A DNA stretch of 64,000 nt from contig CM052816.1 in assembly GCA_028534125.1 (NCBI GenBank), positions 78,060,001-78,124,000 on the forward strand, read 5' to 3'. The first letter of the stretch is position 1. Each line of letters begins with the position of its first letter. Below the pieces are notes generated by a model. The model ran no database searches. It saw nothing but the letters and a program-made list of their open reading frames with translations, and was not told the DNA's origin. Positions 52,437 through 64,000 of the stretch are shown here, piece by piece. The DNA is from Lama glama (Eukaryota). Position numbers and translations under genes: made by a program.

Positions 52437-53119
52437 TCACCTTTCATTTTTTAAATATCAAATTATATTGAAAATTTCTTAATGATAAAATTTTCTAATT
52501 GTAAAATATCCTTGCATTCCTAGAATAAACCTTACTTGACCATGGGATACTATTAATTTAGATTAGCTGCTGAAGTTGGCTTCCTAATGCTGAAGTAAGG
52601 AATGTGACTTTAAACATACATAATTTAAGTATTTGGAAAGCTAATAAGACAAAGATAAAAGCAAAACTACATAGTTACATTTATCAGGAATTTTAATCAA
52701 ATGCATTATCCCATTTCAATCATATTCTGTATATTCCCAATTTTTACTTCCTTTTAGATCAAGTTATTTTTTAATTTGTGCTATAGATTTAAAATTATGT
52801 CTTTTGTCTGTTTTTCTACAGATTAATTCTAGAAAACGTAAAATATCAAATGTGAACAGTAATTTTGAAAGTTAATGAGGCAGATTATAACTATCAGAAA
52901 GCAAAAAAATAGAAAACAAAATAACCTAAAAACAAAAATGTTCTTTATATCTAAAATATAAGTGTTTCACCTAAATAACACCATCTACAGTTTAATTTAT
53001 AAGATTTTTCATTATAATTTTCTCTGTAATATTACAAATAGCTAATTCTTATGAACTCTTAATACTAAAAATAGATCTTACTAAAGAGAGATATTTGGTA
53101 AGAAGAAAGAAGTCTTCCC

Positions 53120-53410
53120 CCTGGAAGATATTATAATTTTAAAGCAAAAATGGATAGAACTTGATAGATCTACAGTAATAGTAGGAGACTTCAACATACC
53201 CTTCAGCAGCTGATAGACTAAGTAGACATAAAATCACTTAGAGTATCTGAACAATACAATGAACCAATTGACATAATTGACAAAAATATATAGAATATTT
53301 ACCTAACATCATTAGAATACACATTCTTTTAAAATGCACATACAGCATTTACCAAAGTTGATAAGCTGGGTTATAAAGCAAGCTTCAATAAATTTCAAAA
53401 AAATCATACA
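53120..53410 (+). mobile_element. Old L1 ORF2 endonuclease-region fragment
   Basis: acagtaatagtaggagacttcaacatacc (IVGDFN motif)...agaatacacattctttt. Confidence 0.75.
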
Positions 53411-54680
53411 ATGTAACAATATAGGAAAAAGCTGTTCAAATATTCCCTATAATAATCCTAAGCCAAAAAACACAGTGCAAAAGAATCTTAATAACGATTT
53501 AATCAATTGTTTCAGTTATTACTTCAAAAAAACAACCATTTAAGCATCAAACGTATATAAGCTACTAGATTTAGATGGAAATCAGCCTTTACTATAAAAA
53601 GTAACAAATTATTGGTCACAACGTTGAAGTCATTTGGGTCCATTTAATAGCATCAGTTTGATCCATTGTGCTCCCTAACAAACTCTAGTGGAATTTATAC
53701 CAACTCTCATTTTTATAGTTTCCATAAGTAAACCTTATACTGTCAGTTAAAGTCAGAGTAAAGTTAAGAACAAGAATATATAAACATTAGGATTCCTAAC
53801 ATTCTAACTCCTACTTTACTGGCAAGATGGCACAATACAAATGTTTAAGAAAATATAGACATAGAAATGTATAAGATGAATTATCAACAATACTCACGCG
53901 TCATTTGAGCAAGTCATAAATTCTCCCTTTATTTTGGGATGCCATGAGCCAGTATGAAGCATTGCTGTGTGACCCTTAAAAAATAAACAAATAAAAGAAA
54001 AATATCTTTTAAGAATGTAAAAATAAACAACCAGAGGCTGATATTTTATGCTTAAAAATAAAACTTTTTAGTCCTCCCCAATGCACACTATTTTAATTAC
54101 AAACTGATAATATTTTATCCCAGTTTTATTTCATAATATGCTTTATTTCCTTTTGTTTATTTTAATTTTAATTCACTGTGTAATCCCTCCTGCCCACGAA
54201 TTAGCACAGTGCTTACATATAACAGATGCTTAATAAGGAAGGAAAGAGAAGGGGAAATGATAGCCTCTCATTAAAAAAGAAATAAAAAGAAAAACCAAAA
54301 CAAGAGAGACAATGGAAAAAGTCAGTGGAAAAGTATTAAGAAACACAGAAAGTATTTACAAATAATTAAGGCAAAAACAAGAGGATGAGGGAAAAAAACC
54401 CACTTCTTTGAAATATGTCAACAATGTTTTTTTTCTACAACACATCTGTAAGAATATGTGAGAAAAGAAGAAACATTGTATTGAAAAATAGAATAATAAA
54501 AATTAAAAATTCACTGGAGGGGCCCAATAAAAGAATGGATATGTCGGAGGAAAGAGTCAGTGAACCTGAAGACAGACCAAAAGAAATAATTCAATCTAAA
54601 CAACAGGAAGAAAAAAGAATAAGGGAAAAATGAGTAGAATCACAAACACCTATGAGATAATATCAAAAGATTTAGTATTC

Positions 54681-55022
54681 CAGACTTGTGGTTACCAGGG
54701 GGGTAGAGGGTGGGAAGGAATAGACTGGGATTTCAAAATTGTAGAATAGATAAACAAGATTACACTGTATAGCACAGGGAAATATACACAAAATGTTATG
54801 ATAAATCACAGAGAAAAAAATGTGACAATGAGTGTGTATATGTCCATGAATGACTGAAAAATTGTGCTGAACACTGGAATTTGACACAACATTGTAAAAT
54901 GATTATAAATCAATAAAANNNNNNNNNNNNNNNNNNNNNNNNNNNNNNNNNNNNNNNNNNNNNNNNNNNNNNNNNNNNNNNNNNNNNNNNNNNNNNNNNN
55001 NNNNNNNNNNNNNNNNNNTAAA
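54681..55022 (+). mobile_element. Young L1 3'UTR insertion with 16-bp TSD; gap lies in its tail
   Basis: TSD aaaagatttagtattc at 54665-54680 and 55023-55038; near-identical to 9043-9250. Confidence 0.92.
54919..55018. other. Assembly gap (100 N)
   Basis: Run of N. Confidence 1.
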
Positions 55023-57330
55023 AAAAGATTTAGTATTCATGTTATATAAGACTCGGGAGGAAAGAGAGAGGTACAGAAATGTATTTGATTAAATAATTGC
55101 TAAAAATTTCCCAAATGTGGTGAATAATGTAAATTCACAGACTTAAGAACCTCAGTGAATGTCAAACAAAATGAACTAAAAACAAAAGACTAAATTAATG
55201 GAAGCCAGAAGACAGTAGAAAACATTTTTAAAGTACTCAGAGAAAAATATTGCCAAGTTAAATGTATATAGAATGTACTTTGGAACTAAAGGCGAAATAA
55301 AGACATTCTCAGATGAAAGGAAACTAAGAGAATTTGTCACCAGTAGACCTGCTTTAAAAGAACTGGTACAAAAATTTCAAAACTGCTCATATAATTCATA
55401 TGGAAATTCAAAGAATTACAAAAAATGTTAAGATTTTATCATTTCAAGAATATCATTTTATTATTAAAACTTATTATTTTATTATTTCAAGAAATACTAA
55501 TTCAAAAATAATCATGTAAAGAAACAACAAAGTGGGAGGATTCATACTTCCCAATTTCAAAATTAACTACACATTAATGTTACTAGCAGATTTATTCATA
55601 AAACTTTGTGTTCAAAGATGTTTTGCCAATAGGTCAGATATGCAGTGAAAGAGAAAGAAGGAAGAAGGTGTTTCAAGGAGAGAATAAACAACTGTGTCAA
55701 ATACTGCTAAGGGTTACAAATTTATGAGAACTGAGGACAGACCATGAGATGTGGATGGCACAGTAACAGGGTGCCATGAACAGAGAGGTGAGTTAGGTTC
55801 CCCTTAGTTCTGTGCACCTAAGGCACAAAGAGATTGTAATTAAACTGACTGATTCATAGATTAAAATCCATAGGATTGCCAGGGATCCCATTAAACTCTT
55901 TCCAAAATGGAAATGTTACTCTTTGCTTATTTAAGAAGAAAAGAATTTCTAATGCCAAGCAGTAAATAGGTATCTGATCTAGTTTCACCCCATTAAATAC
56001 ATCTGCCTCTGGCTCAGAAAAACAGCTCATGATTTTCAACAAAAGGAACTCAATAACGCCAAGACATGCCCTGCCTTCAGAGACTTAGATCCTAAACTGC
56101 CTTGGATTCCTCAATCTTGCACACTACTCCCTACTCTCATTTCTCCCTCTGCTTAACTCAGCCCCACCTCCACCTCCGCTGTCATCTGTGGTCCCTTAAT
56201 CTGCTTATCTCCCAGTCAGCTCCCACCCTCCTCTCCCACTCCCAGACTCAAGGATTCACCCATTCTCAGCACAGAGGGTGCTGCTCAGTCCAGTCCTTAG
56301 AACGGGACTCCCTGTGCTTTGTCCTAATAGCAATCCCAAAACTGACCCAGCCCATGAAGGTCTTGAAGGCAGGCTCCAGAAAACAAGTCTTTTACAGATC
56401 TTTCTTGATTAGAGTTGAAATAGCATCTCAAAATATAAAGGATGTTTCTAAGAAGACCAAAAGAAGATGATCCCTATTACAGAGGACATTAAGATAAAAT
56501 GTGGTCACCTTAGTTGTAGAGTATACAGAATATAAAGATAAATAGTAGGTTAAACTGAAGAAATCTGAAAGACTATGAATGTTGTTTCTTGTTTGTAAAG
56601 ACAGGAGCATGACAAAGGCAATGGGAACGTTAAGTACCCTGTGTTAAAACAGTGACCAAAATTAGTCATAACAAAAATGAAGTTCAACTAAGGATTCTTA
56701 CATGAATCTAAACAGATTCAGTACCATGGCTACTAGTGGAAAAAGTTTTAAAGTGACACCTATTAAAGGACAGTCAGTGACTAAAATACTTTTTCATCAA
56801 ATAAACCAGGTTTTCTTTCTTCTTTATCTAAACATAGGCACTCCTTGGGGGGGGGGGTGGAATCCCTTCCCCTATTTAGCAGAATTAACTGGAAAGAGCC
56901 TAGTAGAAAGAATTAAGCATCTATTTGTTTCTCATAATATGCTAAACTGTGCATAAAGAGAGGATATTATCAAACCATGACTAACATCTGCTTCCTCTAA
57001 CGCACATGCACACGCACAGAGGTGCTGATTCATACCTATTAGCCATACGTTTGTGGCAGCCTCATGACAAAAGCTGTAAAACAGCTGCTCTACTGCAGTG
57101 CCATATGTAGTCACTGAATGAGGTGAGGCTGTGTGACCCACAAAATCAAAGTCCTTGGCCTGGTGAGCTAGCTAACAGAGGCAACTCCTATGAGAAGTGA
57201 AATGCATCAGGGAACATACTGTGAGTTTTAATCCAAAAGTTCTTCTTGGCCAGAGTTCACTCGTAGGCTTTCAGGAATCACCAAACTTCCTGAAATTATT
57301 TTGTTGGAGAAAATATTCAATAGCCTGATT

Positions 57331-57560
57331 TGGGGAGCTGGCAAACTTTTTCTCTAAGGGACTAGATAGTAACTACTTTAGGTTTTGTGGGCCACATGGT
57401 CTTTGCAGCAACTACTCACACTCTACCACAATAAACACAAAAGCAGTCATAGACAATAGTAAACATATGCATACATAGCTGTGTTCCAGTAAAACTTTTA
57501 CTTACAAAAAACAGGGTGTAGGCTGGATTTGGACCACAGGCCACAGTTTGCTGACCCCTG
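57331..57560 (+). mobile_element. MER58A-like hAT-Charlie element
   Basis: ggcaaactttttctctaagggactagatagtaa...gctgtgttccagtaaaacttt...cagtttgctgacccctg. Confidence 0.85.
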
Positions 57561-58332
57561 CTCTAATCCATCACATTCTTAGTCATTTCCTTCTATGAAT
57601 CAAGGACTCTGAAGTCCAAATCTTTCTAATTCCTAAGCATTCTAAAATCCATTTGAAGACATCAAAGAGATAGATTCATTCTTCTTTGATCTACTCAACT
57701 CCAATGACCTCTTCCAAGATATTTCAGCAGCCCCAACTACTGCTAACTCTGCCGTTACCACAAATGGTTCCTTTCCTGAAATTGTGAACTTTCTTTCAAC
57801 ATCCTAAACTTCAAGCAATCTCTCAGCATAAACCTGAGTGCCCATAAACATAAAGTGTCCAGAACAACGTTTATTCCGGAATAACTCCCTCTTCCCCATC
57901 ATTGTGTTCCATTCAAATAACTCAGGCTCCCGAATAGACTCAAGAATATCATACAAATATGCAGAATGACTGTCTGTACAAATTAAGATCTGGTAGCCCT
58001 TAATGCTCCCATGATTTTTCTAGTAATTTTTCTCTCACATCATCAATAGCTATTCTAAATCTTTCCTATCCTACATAAGGCCTCATCCCAACATCTCCCA
58101 ACACAAAACTAGGAAATGACCTTGTGACCAGATGGTGACAACTTGAACTTCTCATGTAAGGCCCACCACCTATAAACATATTGCGTATGAGCCCATTCTT
58201 ATTCCTCCATTCCCAGCGTAAAAATATATTCCCTCCTTCCACTCAAAGCTCATTCCTGCTCTTACGTTTGATCTCTATCACCACCACCTCCTCAGGGACT
58301 TTCATTATTACGTATGTTTGGTTTTTGCAGAA

Positions 58333-59482
58333 TGGTATTAGTTTTCTATTGCTGTGTAACAAATTACCACAAACTCAGGGGCTTAAAACACTTCCAGTCT
58401 ATTACCTAGCAGTTTGAGAGGTCAGAAGTGTGGTCACAATGTGAGTGGGTTTTCTGCTCAGGGTCTCATAGAATAAAATCAGAATGTTGGTAGGGCTACA
58501 TTCCTTTCTGGAGGCTCTGGGGAAGCATTCTTTTCCAAGTTCACTCAGGTTGCTGGCAGAACCCAAGCTCCTGTGGTTGCTGGACTAAGACAACTATTTC
58601 ACTGTGTCTGTCAACTGGGGGCTACCCTCAGCATCAAGAAGCTGCATGCCTTCCTTGCCACATGGATCCCTCCACCTTCAAAGCCAGCAAATGAGAATCT
58701 TTCTCTTGTTCAATCTGAACTAGACAAAGCCATGCCCAAAAACCTTGTAAAGCAATCCCTTTTTTATCCATAGCTCTTGCTGAAATGGCCAAGAAATAAC
58801 ATTCTTAAGCTTCCTAGAGGTTACCTGGTTTGATTGAAAAAGTCTGTGAGGCACATGCTTCGTTTCTTCAAAGAGTCTTTAGTGTAACTGAATATTCTGA
58901 CCTTTTAATCCTTCTGAGATTTTAGCAAAAGGTTACCCAGCCACACCTGGGCTTTTTCTCTATACCACACTTTCAGGAGCAATTTCTTCACTTACACATC
59001 GCCAACTGGATAGGCTCAAAATCAGCTAAATCATCTAGTACTAGCTCCTTTTTAACAACACTTCTCTCAATTTACCTTTTTTCTTTCATTTTCTACTATA
59101 AGTAGCAAGAAGAAACCAGGCACTGCTTTCAAACATGCTGCTCGGAAATCTCCTTAGCTATAGCATATATCCAACTTCATCACTCAAGTTCTGCTTCCAT
59201 CTTCAAAGCCAGGGACAGAGAATTCCCTGGAGTCAAATCCCTCCCACACTTTGAAATCTCTTTTGCCAGGAAGACCCCAATCCCTTTTAAGGATTCACCT
59301 GATTAGGCAGGATCCACTGAGGATAATCTTCCTTTCTTAAAATCAACTGTGCCAGACAATATAACCTAATCACAGAAATGTCTTATCATATTCATGGTTC
59401 ACATTCCACTCTCAAGGCAGGGGGCAGGGGATTTGGGCGGTAGTGCAAAGAATCTTGGGAGCCATCTCCCAATTCTGCCTAT
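58333..59482 (-). mobile_element. MLT1 (D/E-like) MaLR element with an internal-like segment
   Basis: gtattagttttctattgctgtgtaacaaattaccacaaact...ctggaggctctggggaag...gaatcttgggagccatc...aattctgccta. Confidence 0.75.
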
Positions 59483-59499
59483 AAGAACTATGTGTGTAG

Positions 59500-60010
59500 C
59501 TATTCTGAAATTACTTTCCATAGCATTGAACAAATGAGTAAATATAGTGGTAATGCTGAAAGCCAAGTTTCTCACTGTTGGAGAAGTGAAACAGAAATCT
59601 GAGTGAGGAAAGGGAAGTTGGATTAGGATTGTATATATCAGTGTGAACTCCTCATTTTTTCACATGTTTTGTTTTTCGGTTGGTTGGTTTATCCCCACAG
59701 CCCCAGCTATGTCTTCTGAAATAGTCTAGAAGCAATAACATCTCAGCAGCAATGAACATATCCAGTGCCCAGACCTTGATTTGTAAAAGAATTCCCTATT
59801 CAAAAGAGCCATGGAACACTAGAGAAACGGGTAACATCAGAACAGGAAAAGTATAAGATAAGCCAGGAACATTCTGTTGTGCCAGAATGTAAGAAAGTAC
59901 CCCCAAAATAATGGTGATTTATCAAAAGGATAGAAACCAGTGTTAGAGAGTTTCTATTAGATAAAAGGCTCTGGAAATATTCAGAAATCGGAAAGAAACA
60001 TAATGTATTT
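59500..60010 (+). mobile_element. Old L1MC/MD-like 3'UTR fragment
   Basis: gaacaaatgagtaaata...agccaagtttctcactgttggagaag...gtctagaagcaataaca...cagcaatgaacatatccagtgcccaga. Confidence 0.6.
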
Positions 60011-61194
60011 TGAATCACTGAACTTTTTAGAGTTTATATTTGCAGTTAAAACCATCAGTTACAACTGCTTTAAAAAAATAAATATATACCTAGAATTCAC
60101 AGTTTACAGTATTTTACTCCTTAGGAACAGCATTTACCATTAAAAGGGCATGACTAAAATATTTAATCTCCAAATAATACGGCAAATTTTTGGAGTGGCT
60201 GGGTATCAGAATAACTACATGTTCTGTTCAAATATAAATAAAGCATTTGACAATATCTTTTTTTCCAGAATTCCTTATAAAACTTCTAATTTCCATATTA
60301 AAGTACACTTATGGAGAAATCGCCTACTAAAATGTCCAAGCATTCTGAGATCCCGAGCCTATCCTCTTTCATTTTAGCCAACTAATTATGAACTAAGTGG
60401 CACAGAATTGTTTTAATATTGAAAAAAAAAGGGTTGAAAGCAAGTGTCTAAGAGTTTAAAGCAATAGAGAAAAACACTCTAACTGGAAGTATCATACCAA
60501 AATTCTGGTTTAGAATAAATGAGTTTTAGATGACAATGTAACTACAGTTTTTAAAGCATGCTTTTAAATAGTTTAAGGGTTGATTCCTGCTTATCCTTGT
60601 CCTACTTTCCTAATCACTTAAACTTGAAGAAATAATGTCCTATTTTCCCAAATAATATAACCAGTAAATCCCATGAACTCCAGATAAGTGATCTTCATAT
60701 TTTAAATAGCAGAAACTGATTTTGAAAGGATATCTTACAGAGAACTGAACAGATAAAAATAGCAAAACTGGAACTTCGCTGGCTGAAGGAGAAGGCCACC
60801 TACTCCTCACTCCCACCTTAAGGTCTCTCACTGCACCCCAATGTAGCCCCTGAGACACTGGCACCCAACCCCAAGACAACAAAATATGTAAAATATGGCT
60901 CCAAGCAACACTTGATATAAAAGTTCTAGTGTGATCAGAAAATATGTTTTTCAGATGCTTAAAGAAAAAAAGACACAGAAACTGAAATCTTAATAGTGAT
61001 TATATTTTGGTAGTATAATTATGAGTATTTGTTTTCTTTTTTCTTTTCTCAATTTTTATAGTCAACAGGAATTACTTTTAGAAACCCAATAAGCTATATT
61101 TTTTAAAGATGTAAGTATAAATATTGTCCCTATAATGCATCGTATTGCAGTACATACAGAAAAGGAAATTCTGTACCACTATAAGTAAACATTA

Positions 61195-61684
61195 AAAAAA
61201 ATACACACACACAACTAGACATCAAAAAACAAACAACCTGATTCAAAACTGGGCAAAGGATCTGAATGGTTACTTTTCCGAATAGGAAATTTAGATAGCC
61301 AACAGGCACATGAAAAGATGCTCAACATCACTAATCACCAGGGAAAGGCAAATCAAAACCACAATGAGATTATCACCCGCAACCATCAGAATGGCTGTCA
61401 TCGAAAAGAACACAAATAATCAATGTTGGCAAGGACGTGAAGAAAAGGAAACTCTCCTACACTATTGGTGGGAATGCAAATTGGTTCAGCCACTATAATA
61501 TGGAGATTTCTCAAAAACTAAAAATAGAACTACCATATGACCCAGCAATTCCACCCCTGGGCATATATTAGGAAAAACTAAAAACACTAACTCAAAAAGA
61601 TACATGCACCCCAATGTTCACAGCAGCATTATTTATAATTGCCAACATATAGAAGAAATAGATGAATAAAGAAGACACACACAG

Positions 61685-61722
<38 letters not shown>

Positions 61723-62088
61723 AATGGAAGACAACTCAGTCACAAAAAATAATGAAATTTTGTCATCTGCAGCAACATGGATGGACTTGGAGGGCACTAT
61801 GCTAAGTGAAATAAGACAAAGAAAAACAAATACTGTATGATATCACTTATATGTGGAATCTAAAAAATACAACAAACTAGTGAATAAAACAAAAAAGAAC
61901 AGACTCATAGATATAAAGAACAAATTAGTGGTTACCAGTGGGGAGACTGAAGGGAGGAGGGGCAATATAGAGGTAGGAGATTTTTTTTAAAGGGTTATTA
62001 TGGGATTAAATGAAATCATGTGTGTGAAACTTTTGAAAATCGTAAAGCACTATAGAATTTAAAGAATCTTTCATTCAATTAAAAAAAA
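61195..62088 (+). mobile_element. 5'-truncated L1 (ORF2 C-terminus, 3'UTR and A-tail)
   Basis: MKRCSTSLITRERQIKTTMR...[24 protein letters not shown]; gcagcaacatggatggacttggaggg; A-tail at 62081-62088. Confidence 0.92.
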
Positions 62089-62104
62089 TCCGATGACAGT
62101 TGAT

Positions 62105-64000
62105 TCCTAGTCAAGATGGCAGAGTAACAGGACCACAAGCTTGGCTCCTCTCATGACTACAACAAAACCACAAGTGACTGCTAAACCACCACTGAAAAAA
62201 AAAAGACTGGAACCTAGCAAAAAAGATCTTCAATAGGAAACATGAAGGGGGAACCACAGCAGGACAGGAGGAGGGGTGTGCTTGCAATATAATCAGTCCC
62301 CATACGCTGCAGGTGGGCAACCAACAAGCAGAAGAATAAGTAAGTCACAGAGGCCCTCCCACAGGAGTAAGAGTACTGAGCCCCACATCAGGCTCCCCGC
62401 CTGGGGGGCTAGCATCAGAAGGAGGAGCCCCCAGAGTTTTGAAGGCCAGTGGTGCCTAATTGCGTGAGCAACACGGGACTGGGGTAAACAGAGAGTTCAC
62501 TCTCTTGGGAAGCGCAAAAGAATCTCGTGTACACTGGGACCAAGGGCAGAAGCAGAGATTTCATAGAAACCTGTGCCAGATTTCCCTGCTGGTTTTGGAA
62601 GGTCTCCTGGGGAAGTGGGGAGTAGATGTGGCTCACCCCAGGGACATAAAAGCTGGTGGCAGACATTCTGGGAGTATTCATCTACATGAGCTTTCCTGGA
62701 GGCTGATATTTTGCTTGTGTCATTAGCACCAAGCCCTAGCCCCATCCAACAGCCTGTAGGCTTATGTGCTAGGAAGCTTCAGGCCAAATATACTAGGTGA
62801 GAATGCAGCCCTACCCATTAGCAGACTTCCTGAACTCACCACAGATGCCTCTGAACACACCCCTAGACACAGCCCTGCACACCAGAGGGCCAGGACCAAG
62901 CTCCACCCTGCAGTGGGCAGGCACTGACTCCTCCCATCAGGAAACCTTCACAAGCGTCTAATCCAGCCTCACCCACTCGGGGAAGATACCAGAAGTAAGA
63001 AAACAACAATCCCAAAGTCTGTGGAAGGAATCTGCAAACACAGGCTGGACTCTACCCTATGCCCAGCTGGACCCTGGCCCTTGGGTGACCACGAAGAGTG
63101 CACTGCTGGGATGCATAGGAAGTCTCATACAAAGGGTCATTTCTGCAAGGTTGAGAAATGTAACTAACCTACATAAAAATACAAATAGAAATTTAGACAG
63201 TATGAGGCAGCAGAGGAATATGTTCCAAGCAAAGGCAAAAGATAAAATCCCAGAAGAAGAAAAAAGTGATGAGGAGCTAGGCAATCTACATGAGAAAGAT
63301 TTTAGAGTAATGATTGTGAAGATCATCAGAGAACTCAGGAGGAGAATAGATGCACAAAGTTTTAGCAGAGTTAGAAAATATAAAGACTACTCAAACAGAG
63401 TTGAAGAATACAATTACTGAAATAAATACACTAGAAGGAACCAAGAATAGATTAAATGAGGCAGAAGAACAGATCAGTGAGCTAGAAGATAGAGCTGTCA
63501 CTACCATAGAAAAGGAAAAAAAAAAAGAATGAAAAGAAATGAGGATGGTTTAAGAAATCTCTGGGACAACATGAAGCATACTAATATTCTCATTACATCG
63601 GTCCCAGAAAGAGAAAAGACCTCAGAAAATATCTGAAGTGATGATAGCTGAAAACTTCCCTAATCTGGCAAAGGAAACAGTCACCCAAGTCCAGTAAGAA
63701 TAGAGAATTCCACACAGGATTAACCCAAAGAGGAACACACCGAGGCACATACTAATAAAACTGACAAAAATTAAAGATAAGGAGAAAATATTAAAATCAG
63801 TTAAGAGAAAAGCAACAAATAACCTACAAGGGAACTCCCATAAGGTTATCATCTGACTTCTCAGCAGAAACTCTAAAGGCCAGAAGGGAGTGGCACAATA
63901 TATTTAAAATGATGAAAGGGAAAATCTACAACCAAGAACACTCTACCCAGCAAGGCTCTCATTCAGATTTGATGGAGCAATCAAAAGCTTCACAGATAAA
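62105..64000 (+). mobile_element. L1 5'UTR plus disrupted ORF1 (from about 63202), continuing beyond the window
   Basis: caagatggc (YY1-like) at the 5' end, a GC-richer UTR of about 1.1 kb, then MRQQRNMFQAK...LGNLHEKDFRVMIVKIIREL and later gctgaaaacttccctaa and ggccagaagggagtggc; frameshifts and stops present. Confidence 0.92.

Larger units (their letters stand above)
54480..55570 (+). mobile_element. Old L1M ORF1-region fragments, interrupted by a young L1 tail
   Basis: IKIKNSLEGPNKRMDMSEERVSEPEDRPKEIIQS is ORF1p coiled-coil-like; gaaataaagacattctcagat...gaatttgtcaccagtagacctgc. Confidence 0.8.

Noticed and set aside
56102..56470. 122-aa ORF
   Set aside because: Non-ATG start, no recognisable homology, and a length expected by chance
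63085..63532. Coiled-coil protein gene
   Set aside because: Frameshifted L1 ORF1p remnants
1..64000. A novel multi-gene system, CRISPR array or operon
   Set aside because: This is eukaryotic intron with one exon; there is no repeat-spacer array, and all ORFs are short or explained by repeats and gaps

Overview
Mammalian genomic DNA, very probably a camelid, judged from two tRNA-Ala-derived vic-1-type SINEs and a young lineage-specific L1 3' tail. The window is intronic sequence of WDR70 (minus strand) and contains one recognisable internal coding exon (8824-8998, 175 nt, canonical AG/GT, encoding TVRTWDVENPKKQ...QIWDRNLT). The rest is AT-rich intron with layered transposon relics: L1 of several ages, L2, MIR, MaLR LTRs and hAT-Charlie elements. 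There are also microsatellites, a 59-bp tandem duplication, two assembly gaps and repeat-poor stretches that may hold enhancers. I see no evidence for a new multi-gene system. The most interesting testable structure is a perfect 62-nt inverted repeat, formed by two young L1 tails, that brackets the frame-shifting WDR70 exon. Repeat family names come from recalled consensus sequences, and old-repeat boundaries are approximate.
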